From the sequence record MF360958.1: DNA of 64,000 bases. One strand, 5' to 3'. The notes beneath the pieces were generated by a model. That model saw only the letters and a program-made list of their open reading frames with translations. It was not told the origin of the DNA and did not search any database. Below are positions 7,618 through 16,371 of this stretch, one piece after another. Every line of letters begins with the position of its first letter. Positions within the stretch are counted from its first letter, which is position 1. The translations under genes and the position numbers were made by a program.

Positions 7618-7645
7618 AAAGCCCTCTCAATTGAGAGGGCTTTTT
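7618..7645 (+). terminator. intrinsic terminator ending the tRNA operon
   Basis: AAAGCCCTCTCAATTGAGAGGGCTTTTT perfect palindrome plus U-run. Confidence 0.9.
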
Positions 7646-7732
7646 ATATTGTCTCAAAGTATATATGATTGAGGGGTTGTTTTAAATATTATTTCTTGAT
7701 ATAATAGTAATTAGTTAAAAGGAGATATAGTT

Positions 7733-7981
7733 ATGAAATCAATTTATACAGTAATGTGGGTAGAGAATGAAGGGCTGCGTTTTCCTAATGTGTATCATCA
7801 AGTATATGTATATGCAGATGATCATAAGGATGCTCTTAGGAGATTTAATAAAAACCTAAGAGATGGTAATAAACAATGTCTTACAGTATCCAGTAAACCA
7901 CTGCCGGAAAAATTTTCTGATCTTCCTTTGGGGATCGCTGTTACAAAGATTGAAGTGTTGGATTATCCGGGTGTTGAATAA
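7733..7981 (+). CDS. hypothetical protein
   Basis: AAGGAGATATAGTTATG RBS module shared with 26981 and 27520. Confidence 0.7.
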   Translation: MKSIYTVMWVENEGLRFPNVYHQVYVYADDHKDALRRFNKNLRDGNKQCLTVSSKPLPEKFSDLPLGIAVTKIEVLDYPGVE

Positions 7982-8259
7982 CTATTCATTATAATTTGCG
8001 AGGAAATTAATATGCGGTATTTAGCGTTTTTTATTACTAATATTGCAACAATTGTTCTATCATTGATGTTAATTAGTATCGTTGGAGATACTATTATCAA
8101 TGTATTGTTTGTTGTATTAGTGTCAAGTTTGATCACACCATTAGTAGGGAAATATTTATTGGAATATTTTTATTTTAAAGGACTATGAGAAATAGTGTAT
8201 TATATTGAGAAATATATTTTTAAATATTATAACTGTTCATAGAAATTGTGGAGAAAAAT

Positions 8260-8652
8260 ATGTCTCACAGAAGTGATGATGAAAAAATCAAAGATTACAT
8301 TAATCAAATCAATAACAAATGGTACAAAACAGAGAAAAAAGAAAATATGAAGGAACAAAAAGAAAACATCAGAGAAGGTGTTATTGTTGCTTGGATTTGT
8401 ATTATTGTTATTGCAATTTTAAGCTTGACGAGTTATTTGATTCTTGAAGATTGTGCGGATGGACAACTCATTATTGGTAATGGCTGTAAAATGTCTGACA
8501 ATTATGGCGAAGCATTTACTATAGCAATGTTGATGTCTATAGTTATTTGGATTGGTATTCTCATTGCATTATTTTATCTAAAGCTACTTTTTATTAATAC
8601 ACCAAGGCTTATAATTTGTAAAATTAAAGAAAAACGTCTTGACAAACGCTAA
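8260..8652 (+). CDS. hypothetical membrane protein (two TM helices)
   Basis: Start moved to ATG 8260 after GGAGA; two hydrophobic stretches. Confidence 0.6.
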   Translation: MSHRSDDEKIKDYINQINNKWYKTEKKENMKEQKENIREGVIVAWICIIVIAILSLTSYLILEDCADGQLIIGNGCKMSDNYGEAFTIAMLMSIVIWIGILIALFYLKLLFINTPRLIICKIKEKRLDKR

Positions 8653-8689
8653 GGATATGTGACATACTATATATCCTTAGTCATGGGGT

Positions 8690-8816
8690 ATCTACTAAAG
8701 CTTTGTGCAGTGGATCAAGTGGGCTTGAGGACAGACATTGTGTCTGTCAAACGGTTCGATTCCGGGGCGCTGTAATCAATTGTGTAGTTAAGAGACAAGG
8801 CAAAGCTTTAGTAGAT
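8690..8816 (+). ncRNA. structured ncRNA: cloverleaf-like domain with T-loop on a 16-bp terminal stem
   Basis: ATCTACTAAAGCTTTG/CAAAGCTTTAGTAGAT perfect IR; inner stems TGCAGTG/CGCTGTA, TCAAG/CTTGA, GACAGACA/TGTCTGTC, CGG-TTCGATT-CCG; TTGACA promoter at 8639. Confidence 0.65.
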
Positions 8817-8831
8817 TATTTTTAAACAATG

Positions 8832-8973
8832 GGCTGTAGCTGCGGAATCTTTAATTGATAGCGTGATGTGAGTTAAAGATTATGGCCAAAGCGAGACTGT
8901 CAGTATTATTTCCTAATCACGCCTCTAGGTTTAATACTGACGGTTGAGGGGTTCGAATCCTCTACAGCCGCCA
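8832..8973 (+). ncRNA. 142-nt tRNA-like RNA with two long hairpins whose loops are complementary
   Basis: GGCTGTAG/CTACAGCC+G+CCA; TTCGAAT T-loop; AATCTTTAA/TTAAAGATT and CTGTCAGTATTA/TAATACTGACGG hairpins; loop GCGTGAT(8861-8867) complementary to ATCACGC(8916-8922). Confidence 0.75.
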
Positions 8974-9016
8974 AATTTTAAATAACGCTGATAAACTCTT
9001 ATTAAAAGGTATATGT

Positions 9017-10108
9017 ATGTCACAACTTAAAACATCGTTTTCTGATCTTGATACTATTGTTAAAGTTATTCAATATGATGAAGATAGTGTTACTGACTAT
9101 CTGAAACCAGCGGTATATTCAGTAGATTACAACTTGCTAGATGGATTTTTCCTTAATAAGCATAGTTCTCATTTTGAACAACCAGATAAAGTGTACGGGA
9201 AAATTCATCGTCGCGTTGGAAAAATTATTCATTCATATAGCAACAGCGAAAGTTCTTTTGGTGTTTTACTGAGTGGGTCAAAAGGTTCAGGAAAAACAAT
9301 GACCTCTTGTATTACAGCCAATCGCTGTATTCATGAACTAGGTCTTCCTATTATTTTGGTACAAAATGAATTTAATGCTTTTGAACTTTCTTCTTTTATT
9401 CAAAAGCTTGGCGAAGTCGTTGTATTTTTTGATGAATTTGGCAAAAACTTTAAAAATGAAGATGGAAATCAAAATGGTCTTTTAACACTATTTGATGGTA
9501 CTGGTTCCGATAAGCGTCTAGTTATTCTCACGGAAAATAATGTTTGGGATATTAATAACTTCATGCTAGAACGGCCCGGAAGAATTCACTATCATTTTCG
9601 TCATGATAAACTTGATGAAGAAATGGTTCGAGAATATTGTTCTGATTATGATATTCCTGAAAATAAAATTGAACAAATTTGTCTTCTTCGTGAATCATCA
9701 ATGGATTTTTCTTTTGATACACTGCAAGCGGTCGTTACTGAATACTTAAAATATCCTGATGATATCTTTTCACTTGTAGAAGATTTGAATATCGAACAAC
9801 CTATTTCTATGTCTCAAAAAATGTTGGAAATTACAGAAATTACTGATCAGCAAGGAAATTCAAGAACACTATGGAATAAACGTCATAAAACAAACAATGT
9901 TGTTTTTCCAGAAGGATTTTCTGAGACAGAACTTTTTGTCAATGATGTTGATGAACAAGATTGGAGAATTGTCTTATTAGATTGCGGATCTATCGTAAAA
10001 CGAGAAGGTAATAACTACGTATTCCATACATCATTTGATAATGATCAAACAGAACATTTAGTTATTAAAGGTAGATACTATCAAGATAATTTTAAAAAAT
10101 CGTTTTAA
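9017..10108 (+). CDS. AAA+ family ATPase
   Basis: Walker A GSKGSGKT, Walker B VVVFFDE, ERPGR arginine finger. Confidence 0.88.
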   Translation: MSQLKTSFSDLDTIVKVIQYDEDSVTDYLKPAVYSVDYNLLDGFFLNKHSSHFEQPDKVYGKIHRRVGKIIHSYSNSESSFGVLLSGSKGSGKTMTSCITANRCIHELGLPIILVQNEFNAFELSSFIQKLGEVVVFFDEFGKNFKNEDGNQNGLLTLFDGTGSDKRLVILTENNVWDINNFMLERPGRIHYHFRHDKLDEEMVREYCSDYDIPENKIEQICLLRESSMDFSFDTLQAVVTEYLKYPDDIFSLVEDLNIEQPISMSQKMLEITEITDQQGNSRTLWNKRHKTNNVVFPEGFSETELFVNDVDEQDWRIVLLDCGSIVKREGNNYVFHTSFDNDQTEHLVIKGRYYQDNFKKSF

Positions 10109-10117
10109 TCATGCAAA

Positions 10118-10248
10118 GTTCGGGTAGCTTAAAAGGGTGCAATCGGTTTAGATGAGATCCATGGTATCATTTATTCTTGATTACATCGACAAAGCGGACA
10201 GGACATAGGCCCCCTGTCATGGTGGTTCGAATCCATCCCCGAGCACCA
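10118..10248 (+). ncRNA. 131-nt tRNA-like RNA lacking a canonical anticodon loop
   Basis: GTTCGGG/CCCGAGC+A+CCA; GGTGG-TTCGAAT-CCATC; hairpin GACAGG/CCTGTC before the T-arm. Confidence 0.7.
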
Positions 10249-10261
10249 TACAATAGAACGA

Positions 10262-10377
10262 GTCGCCAGATAGTTTCGGTGCTTACGATTCTGGCTTTGG
10301 CGGGCACAAGCCTACGCGACAACAGCACCCTTCGCATTAACCTTGGAGTATAGATGCGAGGCCGGAGGAAACCCCTC
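10262..10377 (+). ncRNA. GC-rich pseudoknotted RNA element following the tRNA-like RNA
   Basis: GTCG/CGAC, CCAGA/TCTGG, GGC/GCC, loop GGTGCT(10278-10283) with AGCACC(10324-10329), TCGCAT/ATGCGA, GAGG/CCTC. Confidence 0.5.
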
Positions 10378-11119
10378 ATAAACCACTATCAATCATAATA
10401 TCTCCATAGACTGCTAAAAATTGATTATCAAACCACACTTCTTTATGATCTTTAATATTATATTTAAAATTTGAAGTAGAAGTTAAATCAAATTTTGTAG
10501 GAGTGAAGTTTGTTTTTATAAAATTATAAAGACCGTCATTGATAATCGTATCCTTAATATTTTCAATTTCTGGAAAACTTTTTATTAAATTTTCTCTAAC
10601 ATTAGTTTGTTTATTATCAAATTTTTTCACGGTATTAACTAAATCTTTATATGTTTCAAAACCTTCAAAACTTTTGCCTAACATTTCTGATAATTCTTCT
10701 AAAAGATCAATATAAGTATTGAGATCTTTCATAGGTAAATCAAAAGATGCGTTATGCCATATATCACGTTTAGGGCATACGCCGATTTTCGAACCGTTTT
10801 TAGGAAATACTGTATAAACCGTCCCAAAGTTTCGAGCATAATCAGGATTGGTTGTACAAATAACACTCCTATCTGGATATTCTTCCCACCATGGCGCTTC
10901 ATTAATAATTAAATTATAAAAATTAGCGGTATTTCTGGAAATACGGCCTTCTAATGGATTCATTATTTTAAAATTATCAGGTTCATTATCTCCAAAACCT
11001 TTGTATATACCATACCCTTTTTTATACTGCGCATATGCTTCTGAAAAATCATTTTCCAAAAGCTCTTTTAATTTATCAATATTATCGCTTTCATTAAGTA
11101 TTAAATCTTGTATTTTCAT
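10376..11119 (-). CDS. putative virion-packaged ART-fold-like protein (paralog family)
   Basis: Start moved to MKIQDLILNES; YKG..R...DRSVICTT..YARNFG.VY.VFPKNGSKIGVCP..DIW shared with 22759, 16749 and 56252. Confidence 0.6.
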   Translation of the reverse strand: MKIQDLILNESDNIDKLKELLENDFSEAYAQYKKGYGIYKGFGDNEPDNFKIMNPLEGRISRNTANFYNLIINEAPWWEEYPDRSVICTTNPDYARNFGTVYTVFPKNGSKIGVCPKRDIWHNASFDLPMKDLNTYIDLLEELSEMLGKSFEGFETYKDLVNTVKKFDNKQTNVRENLIKSFPEIENIKDTIINDGLYNFIKTNFTPTKFDLTSTSNFKYNIKDHKEVWFDNQFLAVYGDIMIDSGL

Positions 11120-11204
11120 AATATTACCTAATCTTTTAAAATATTTATCTAAAATTTTCATTGACATATATTACTAAATTACGATATAATTATATTAATT
11201 AGTA

Positions 11205-11951
11205 ATGAGGTATATTGTTATGAATCGTAAGCTTTGGGATGTTAATGAATTCAATAAAATCAATCTTCCAGAAATTGTAGGAGAAGTTGAAAATAAAACA
11301 GAATTTGACACCCATCGTGGTACTCGCGTTCTTGATATGCCGGTGAAAATGATCGGTACAGATGTGCGTATCCCTGATTTTGTTCATGAAAGTTTTTCTG
11401 AAATCGTTCATAAAGCAATTGCCCATGAACAAAGTAAATATGGTGATATTTCAGATCATTATGTGTATATCACTATTGATCAAAAATACGTTTATGAAGG
11501 TAAAACGGGTCGCCGTCCCGGTGCTCATTCTGATGGTTATATTGAACGGGATAATCGTCAAATCGACATTACCGAAGATTCCTATGATGTTGTCAGTCAA
11601 GAAGAAGGTGAAGTGTCACATACGTACATCGTAACCAATAAATTTCCTACGGAATTTTTTGCGGTTCCGTTTCCTCTGGATAATACAGACTGTGAATCAT
11701 CTCTCAAAACATTTGATGAAATTGCAGATAATGCTTATCCTATTAAATATCCTTTATACACAATTTTGAAGCTCGATCCTTACGTGGTACACCGTTCATC
11801 AATTGCAGATGAAGATTCATATCGAACCTTTATGAAAGTGAGTATTTCAAAGAAACAATACCGTCGAAAAGGTAATACTATTAATCCACTGTTCAATTAC
11901 GATTGGACGATGAAAGAACGAGAAAATAATTCAAGAAATCATCCATGGTAA
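11205..11951 (+). CDS. putative 2OG-Fe(II) oxygenase-fold protein
   Basis: RPGAHSDG (HxD), distal VVHRS, then RTFMKVSIS. Confidence 0.6.
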   Translation: MRYIVMNRKLWDVNEFNKINLPEIVGEVENKTEFDTHRGTRVLDMPVKMIGTDVRIPDFVHESFSEIVHKAIAHEQSKYGDISDHYVYITIDQKYVYEGKTGRRPGAHSDGYIERDNRQIDITEDSYDVVSQEEGEVSHTYIVTNKFPTEFFAVPFPLDNTDCESSLKTFDEIADNAYPIKYPLYTILKLDPYVVHRSSIADEDSYRTFMKVSISKKQYRRKGNTINPLFNYDWTMKERENNSRNHPW

Positions 11952-12015
11952 TTAAAAATATTGATTTATTTTTAGTGGGTGTGATATAATATCATTATTA
12001 ATTAGGAGTAGTATT

Positions 12016-12210
12016 ATGAAGCGCGAAATCATTGAATACGACCGTCATTGCTGTGGGTGTTGTCCCGGTCATGATCGTTTTCCTAATGGTACCTATAAGA
12101 ACCGACGCAGCAAGAAGCAGCGAGCTAAAGACAAGAAGCGGGAACATAAAGTTGCTCGTGGTTTTGTTAAGCGTAATGTTGCTAAAGAAGCTCAAAACTA
12201 TTATACTTAG
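12016..12210 (+). CDS. small basic hypothetical protein
   Basis: AGGAG RBS; CCGCCPGH motif, Lys/Arg rich. Confidence 0.7.
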   Translation: MKREIIEYDRHCCGCCPGHDRFPNGTYKNRRSKKQRAKDKKREHKVARGFVKRNVAKEAQNYYT

Positions 12211-12240
12211 GTATAGATTTATACTCTAAAGGATACCTAA

Positions 12241-12720
12241 TATGATTGAAATCGATACAACAAAAAATAGTATTATTTAAAAAATATTATCACCAAGCCA
12301 GCGTAACAAAATTAAATGCGATCCTATGGTTAATGGTTGTCATTTCACTATGATGATTGTTTCCAGTTTGTTTTGGACAATTTTTTTATTTTCTTTCCTC
12401 GGAAGTATAGCATTAGGTTTTACTTATGTATTTTTAGTACCATATTTTTTATGCTATAGACTTTTACTTAGGTATTCAAATCTTTACTAAATTAATTATT
12501 GATGACGGATTTGTTGAAATAGGATATCTAATTAATGGTTTAACTGGCTTGTATTATATTCTATCTTATGTATTAAAATAGTTATTGGAACTTAATGGTT
12601 TAATTGATAATAAAAAAACTAAAAAACCAACTAGATTTAATATGTTGAAAGAATATATTAATGATCGTAAGCAGAAGATTTGTCCAGTAGTTAAATTTAA
12701 ATTTGAAGATGATGATTAGG
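12241..12720 (+). pseudogene. degraded membrane-protein gene remnant
   Basis: ATG after AAGGA, early in-frame TAA, hydrophobic segments in shifting frames, internal TAG, plausible C-terminus KQKICPVVKFKFEDDD*. Confidence 0.45.
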
Positions 12721-12730
12721 AGAAGTTGTT

Positions 12731-12967
12731 ATGAATATTAGTGAAAATGAACGTGAATTTATTATTGATTTCCTTCAAGATCAAAACTATCTTTTGATCC
12801 AAGATGAAGAACAATTCAATCGTATGTTCCCTAAAGGAAAAAAAGGTGAATATTGCCCTGAACCTTCTGATAACCCAGATCAATATCCTTGTATGGCTAA
12901 ACCAATTAAGACAGAATATAATTCATATCATAATGATGAATATATTATGGAATTCATTTATATTTAA
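12731..12967 (+). CDS. hypothetical protein
   Basis: AGGAG RBS. Confidence 0.65.
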   Translation: MNISENEREFIIDFLQDQNYLLIQDEEQFNRMFPKGKKGEYCPEPSDNPDQYPCMAKPIKTEYNSYHNDEYIMEFIYI

Positions 12968-13412
12968 AAGGGTATAATATAATGGCCGAAAATAATCAAT
13001 CTTCAACAAAATCAGAACAGAATAAAATTATAGAAGCCATTAGTGTAAATTTCAATAATATAGAAAAAGACAAGGAAAAAATTAGAAAGCGTAATATACA
13101 AGAATCTAAATTGAATTTTACAGAACGGTAAAAGAAACATTTTAAATAATTCTATGGCTCTTGAATATCACAGAATCATAATGTAAACTGAGTGTATTGT
13201 ATTATTCATTAGAATAAACAATATGAGTTTGTATATTAAAACCAATTATTAGGAGAAACGTTATGTGTAATAAAGACGGTCTAGACGAACTTCTTTCTAA
13301 AGAAAGCAAAGAATCTCAAGAGCGTATTCATCAAAAAAGTGAAGACATTCTTGAAGATATTCGCAACAACAGTGAAGACGAAACTGACTCACAATAATTA
13401 ATAGGCGACTAT

Positions 13413-13787
13413 ATGTTTGATTTTAGAGCATGGACTGGTAAAGATATGGTTAAAGTCATATCTATGTCTTTCAATCATAACGGTGATAAAGACAAAGTTC
13501 TAATCAACGATGAGTACGTTATTGACCAAAGTGATATCATGGCCGCTTCTGATCATACTAATCGTCACGATCAAGTAATTTATGATGGTGATATCGTCAA
13601 CATGGTTGAAAAAGACTATACATTAGGTGGGTATCCTGAAACAAAGATGCGTAATGTACGAGTCGATGTTTTCAAAAAATCTAATATTGATGGATTTATG
13701 CTAGGCGGTCCCGATGGTCCTATTGAATATATAGATTTTGAAATCGTTGGAAACATTTACGAAAATCCCGAAATTAACGTTTCATAA
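13413..13787 (+). CDS. YopX family protein
   Basis: N-terminal FRAW, IYDGDIV, C-terminal EIVGNIYENPE. Confidence 0.85.
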   Translation: MFDFRAWTGKDMVKVISMSFNHNGDKDKVLINDEYVIDQSDIMAASDHTNRHDQVIYDGDIVNMVEKDYTLGGYPETKMRNVRVDVFKKSNIDGFMLGGPDGPIEYIDFEIVGNIYENPEINVS

Positions 13788-13807
13788 TCAAAAATGGAGA
13801 TATCAAT

Positions 13808-14107
13808 ATGGCGGTAAGAACTTTAAATCGTGGAATGGATTATTCAGATATTAACGATGATATGTTTATTTACGAATCTTTTAATCCAAAAAAGATTTAT
13901 AAATTTGTAGATTGGGATTATTCAAACGTAACAGATCCATCTGATGATATGGATATGTTTAGTAATCTCCGGGTTAAAGTTATTGATGAAAATGGTAATC
14001 AAGTTTCATTGAGCACCCGAAATATGAAAATTTTTAATGATCTTGTTGAAGATCATCGAAGAAAATATGAAAATCATTTAAAGAAAATGCAGAGCTTTGG
14101 AGAATGA
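13808..14107 (+). CDS. hypothetical protein
   Basis: GGAG RBS. Confidence 0.65.
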   Translation: MAVRTLNRGMDYSDINDDMFIYESFNPKKIYKFVDWDYSNVTDPSDDMDMFSNLRVKVIDENGNQVSLSTRNMKIFNDLVEDHRRKYENHLKKMQSFGE

Positions 14108-14556
14108 GCAATAAAGAACGTTTTATTAATCTAGAATTACTAGAATGGGAGTATGCGCCTGATTCTCGTATACCAGTAAGTTGTACAATTAAAGGGATTT
14201 ACCTCCTTCGTTTTCTAGAGTATATTGAATCAAAGTATAACATAAAAACTAATTATCTTTCAGGACCAGTAGCGCATATCCTGAATGTAGGATTGGTAAC
14301 ATGTCAATCTCATTATGAAACTGTTTATATTGATGATACTAATACTATTAACCAATATCATTTAGTAAATATTACAGACTTTTTCAGTGATAAATTAATT
14401 GAAACAATGTATTCATCCTTATGGTTATTGGAATTATATATAACACAACAACAATGTAACCAATTTTATATTAATAAAATAGATGTAGTGTTTGATGATA
14501 ACGCAATTATAGGACAGCTTGAAATTAAGATTCGCTATAGTGTCTATTATATTTAA
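14104..14556 (+). CDS. hypothetical protein
   Basis: ATGA overlap with the upstream stop. Confidence 0.6.
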   Translation: MSNKERFINLELLEWEYAPDSRIPVSCTIKGIYLLRFLEYIESKYNIKTNYLSGPVAHILNVGLVTCQSHYETVYIDDTNTINQYHLVNITDFFSDKLIETMYSSLWLLELYITQQQCNQFYINKIDVVFDDNAIIGQLEIKIRYSVYYI

Positions 14557-14616
14557 TGTTGAATTCTTACTATAATTTTGATACACTATATTTAGTAATG
14601 ATCAGGAGCACATAGT

Positions 14617-14898
14617 ATGAGTGAAGAAATGACCCTTCGTGATTGGATCAACCTTAAAAGTCCCGACTATCTTGCCGAAAATGATGGGTTTTCAGAAAAA
14701 ATTCTTTCTCTCAAAGTAGATAAAGAATATCGTAGCCATGAAAGTATGCCATTTCCTCAAACCAAATTTCTTTATCGCTATGTTCATATTTGGGTTCTTT
14801 TTGAAGATGGTAGCGCAGTAGGTTTGAACGAATCTCCACGGAGTGGACATTCTATGCCTCGTCTTGGAAAAAAGACAGTTAGTAAAAAACTTCCTTAA
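14617..14898 (+). CDS. hypothetical protein
   Basis: AGGAG RBS. Confidence 0.7.
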   Translation: MSEEMTLRDWINLKSPDYLAENDGFSEKILSLKVDKEYRSHESMPFPQTKFLYRYVHIWVLFEDGSAVGLNESPRSGHSMPRLGKKTVSKKLP

Positions 14899-14913
14899 AA
14901 ATTTGGACATTAT

Positions 14914-15624
14914 ATGTTAATGACTTTAGAAGACTTCAAATATATTTTTGAAAATCGCAATATAAAAATTGTCTATAGAGATAAAGACCATTCTATGCGA
15001 TTATATAAAGGTGATTATTGTTTTCCCCATGCTATCATACCATATAATGTATATCATTTTTGTGAACACAGTATTGATGTTTTTGCACGATTCTGGAAAA
15101 ATAATACTGTAACTAAATGGGAACAAATTGATATTAATCCCACCAAAGATAGTATTGAACATTATTTGAATACTACTAAAAATATTATTCATCTAAAATT
15201 AGAAATTCCACAACATCAATTTATTATTAGAATATTGCATTATATTTTTGAAGAACAATATAAAAAAAATATCAAAATGAGTCTATTTCATAATAAATTG
15301 ATGGAAGGCGAAAAAAGTTTGAAATTCTATAATGTAATTATTTTAAAATGTCACGATCCCGATTGGGAGCTTAGAAAACATCTACAAAGTTATAACTGTT
15401 TTAAAGATAAATTTACTTCTGACAGTAGGTCTATAGATGTGATATTATGGAGTGATGAAAATGGAGTATTTTCTAATGATGTTAAAGATTGGAAAAAATT
15501 AAAATTATTAATATTACAAAATCGTGAAACTATAAAACAAATAAAACTTAGTACTCCATCTGATATGAATCGTAATCAATTTGTAAGTTTTATTAACTGT
15601 TTAATGTATCTAAAAGACATGTAG
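14914..15624 (+). CDS. hypothetical protein, tandem paralog of 15631-16359
   Basis: MTLEDFKYIFEN...LWSDENGVFSNDVKDWKKLKL. Confidence 0.7.
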   Translation: MLMTLEDFKYIFENRNIKIVYRDKDHSMRLYKGDYCFPHAIIPYNVYHFCEHSIDVFARFWKNNTVTKWEQIDINPTKDSIEHYLNTTKNIIHLKLEIPQHQFIIRILHYIFEEQYKKNIKMSLFHNKLMEGEKSLKFYNVIILKCHDPDWELRKHLQSYNCFKDKFTSDSRSIDVILWSDENGVFSNDVKDWKKLKLLILQNRETIKQIKLSTPSDMNRNQFVSFINCLMYLKDM

Positions 15625-15630
15625 GAAATT

Positions 15631-16359
15631 ATGATTACACTCAAAGATTTTAAATATATTTTCGAAAATGATTTTATTATCGTAAAACAACGTTTTATTG
15701 ATAAATCGATACGTTTAGGTGAAAAACATTATGTAAGTTCTGGAAAAGTTTCATCTCAAGTTGTTTGTAATAATATTGCTAATAGTGTTGTTCTTTATGC
15801 AAAATACCACGATCATAATGGACTGAGCGGATGGGCCGAATTAAATATTAATCCTGATAAAGATTCAATTGAAAATTTTATAGAAAATACTGAGAAACTT
15901 TATGGTTTAAAAGTAGAATTACCTTTTCAACTTGATCTTCAGAAAATGCTTTATTATACGTTTAGACAAGATTATTATGACTGTCAATGTACAACGTATT
16001 ATCAAGATAATGCCTATTTTAATCTTCGTGAATGCCAAAAAGTTGTAAAAGGTTTTGATAATCATATTAGTCTATTTTTTAATAATAATAAATCTATTAT
16101 TGAACAACTTGAAAATAATGAACAGTTTAAAAATCATTATATAGAGATTTCTACCGGGTTAGAATTTGTATTATGGTCAGACAAACATGGAGCTTTTTCT
16201 AATGATGCTAAAGATTGGAGAAAGTTAAAACTATTTTTATTTGAAGACTTATCTCATAAGATGATTGGCCTTTCTTATAAACACAGTCATAGTTCGCCAT
16301 GGAATCGAGGAACATTTATTGATTTCATTGATGCATTAGAATTATTAGGGCAAATTTAA
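15631..16359 (+). CDS. hypothetical protein, tandem paralog of 14914-15624
   Basis: ITLKDFKYIFEN...LWSDKHGAFSNDAKDWRKLKL. Confidence 0.7.
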   Translation: MITLKDFKYIFENDFIIVKQRFIDKSIRLGEKHYVSSGKVSSQVVCNNIANSVVLYAKYHDHNGLSGWAELNINPDKDSIENFIENTEKLYGLKVELPFQLDLQKMLYYTFRQDYYDCQCTTYYQDNAYFNLRECQKVVKGFDNHISLFFNNNKSIIEQLENNEQFKNHYIEISTGLEFVLWSDKHGAFSNDAKDWRKLKLFLFEDLSHKMIGLSYKHSHSSPWNRGTFIDFIDALELLGQI

Positions 16360-16371
16360 GAGAATTATAAT

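Noticed and set aside
8690-8816. Y RNA / YrlA
   Set aside because: Arm order is canonical rather than permuted, no Ro60-binding bulged helix is recognised, and there is no rsr gene in the window.
10262-10330. theta/HDV-like ribozyme after a tRNA-like RNA
   Set aside because: No P1.1 GG/CC pair, no J4/2 catalytic C, and not directly abutting the CCA.
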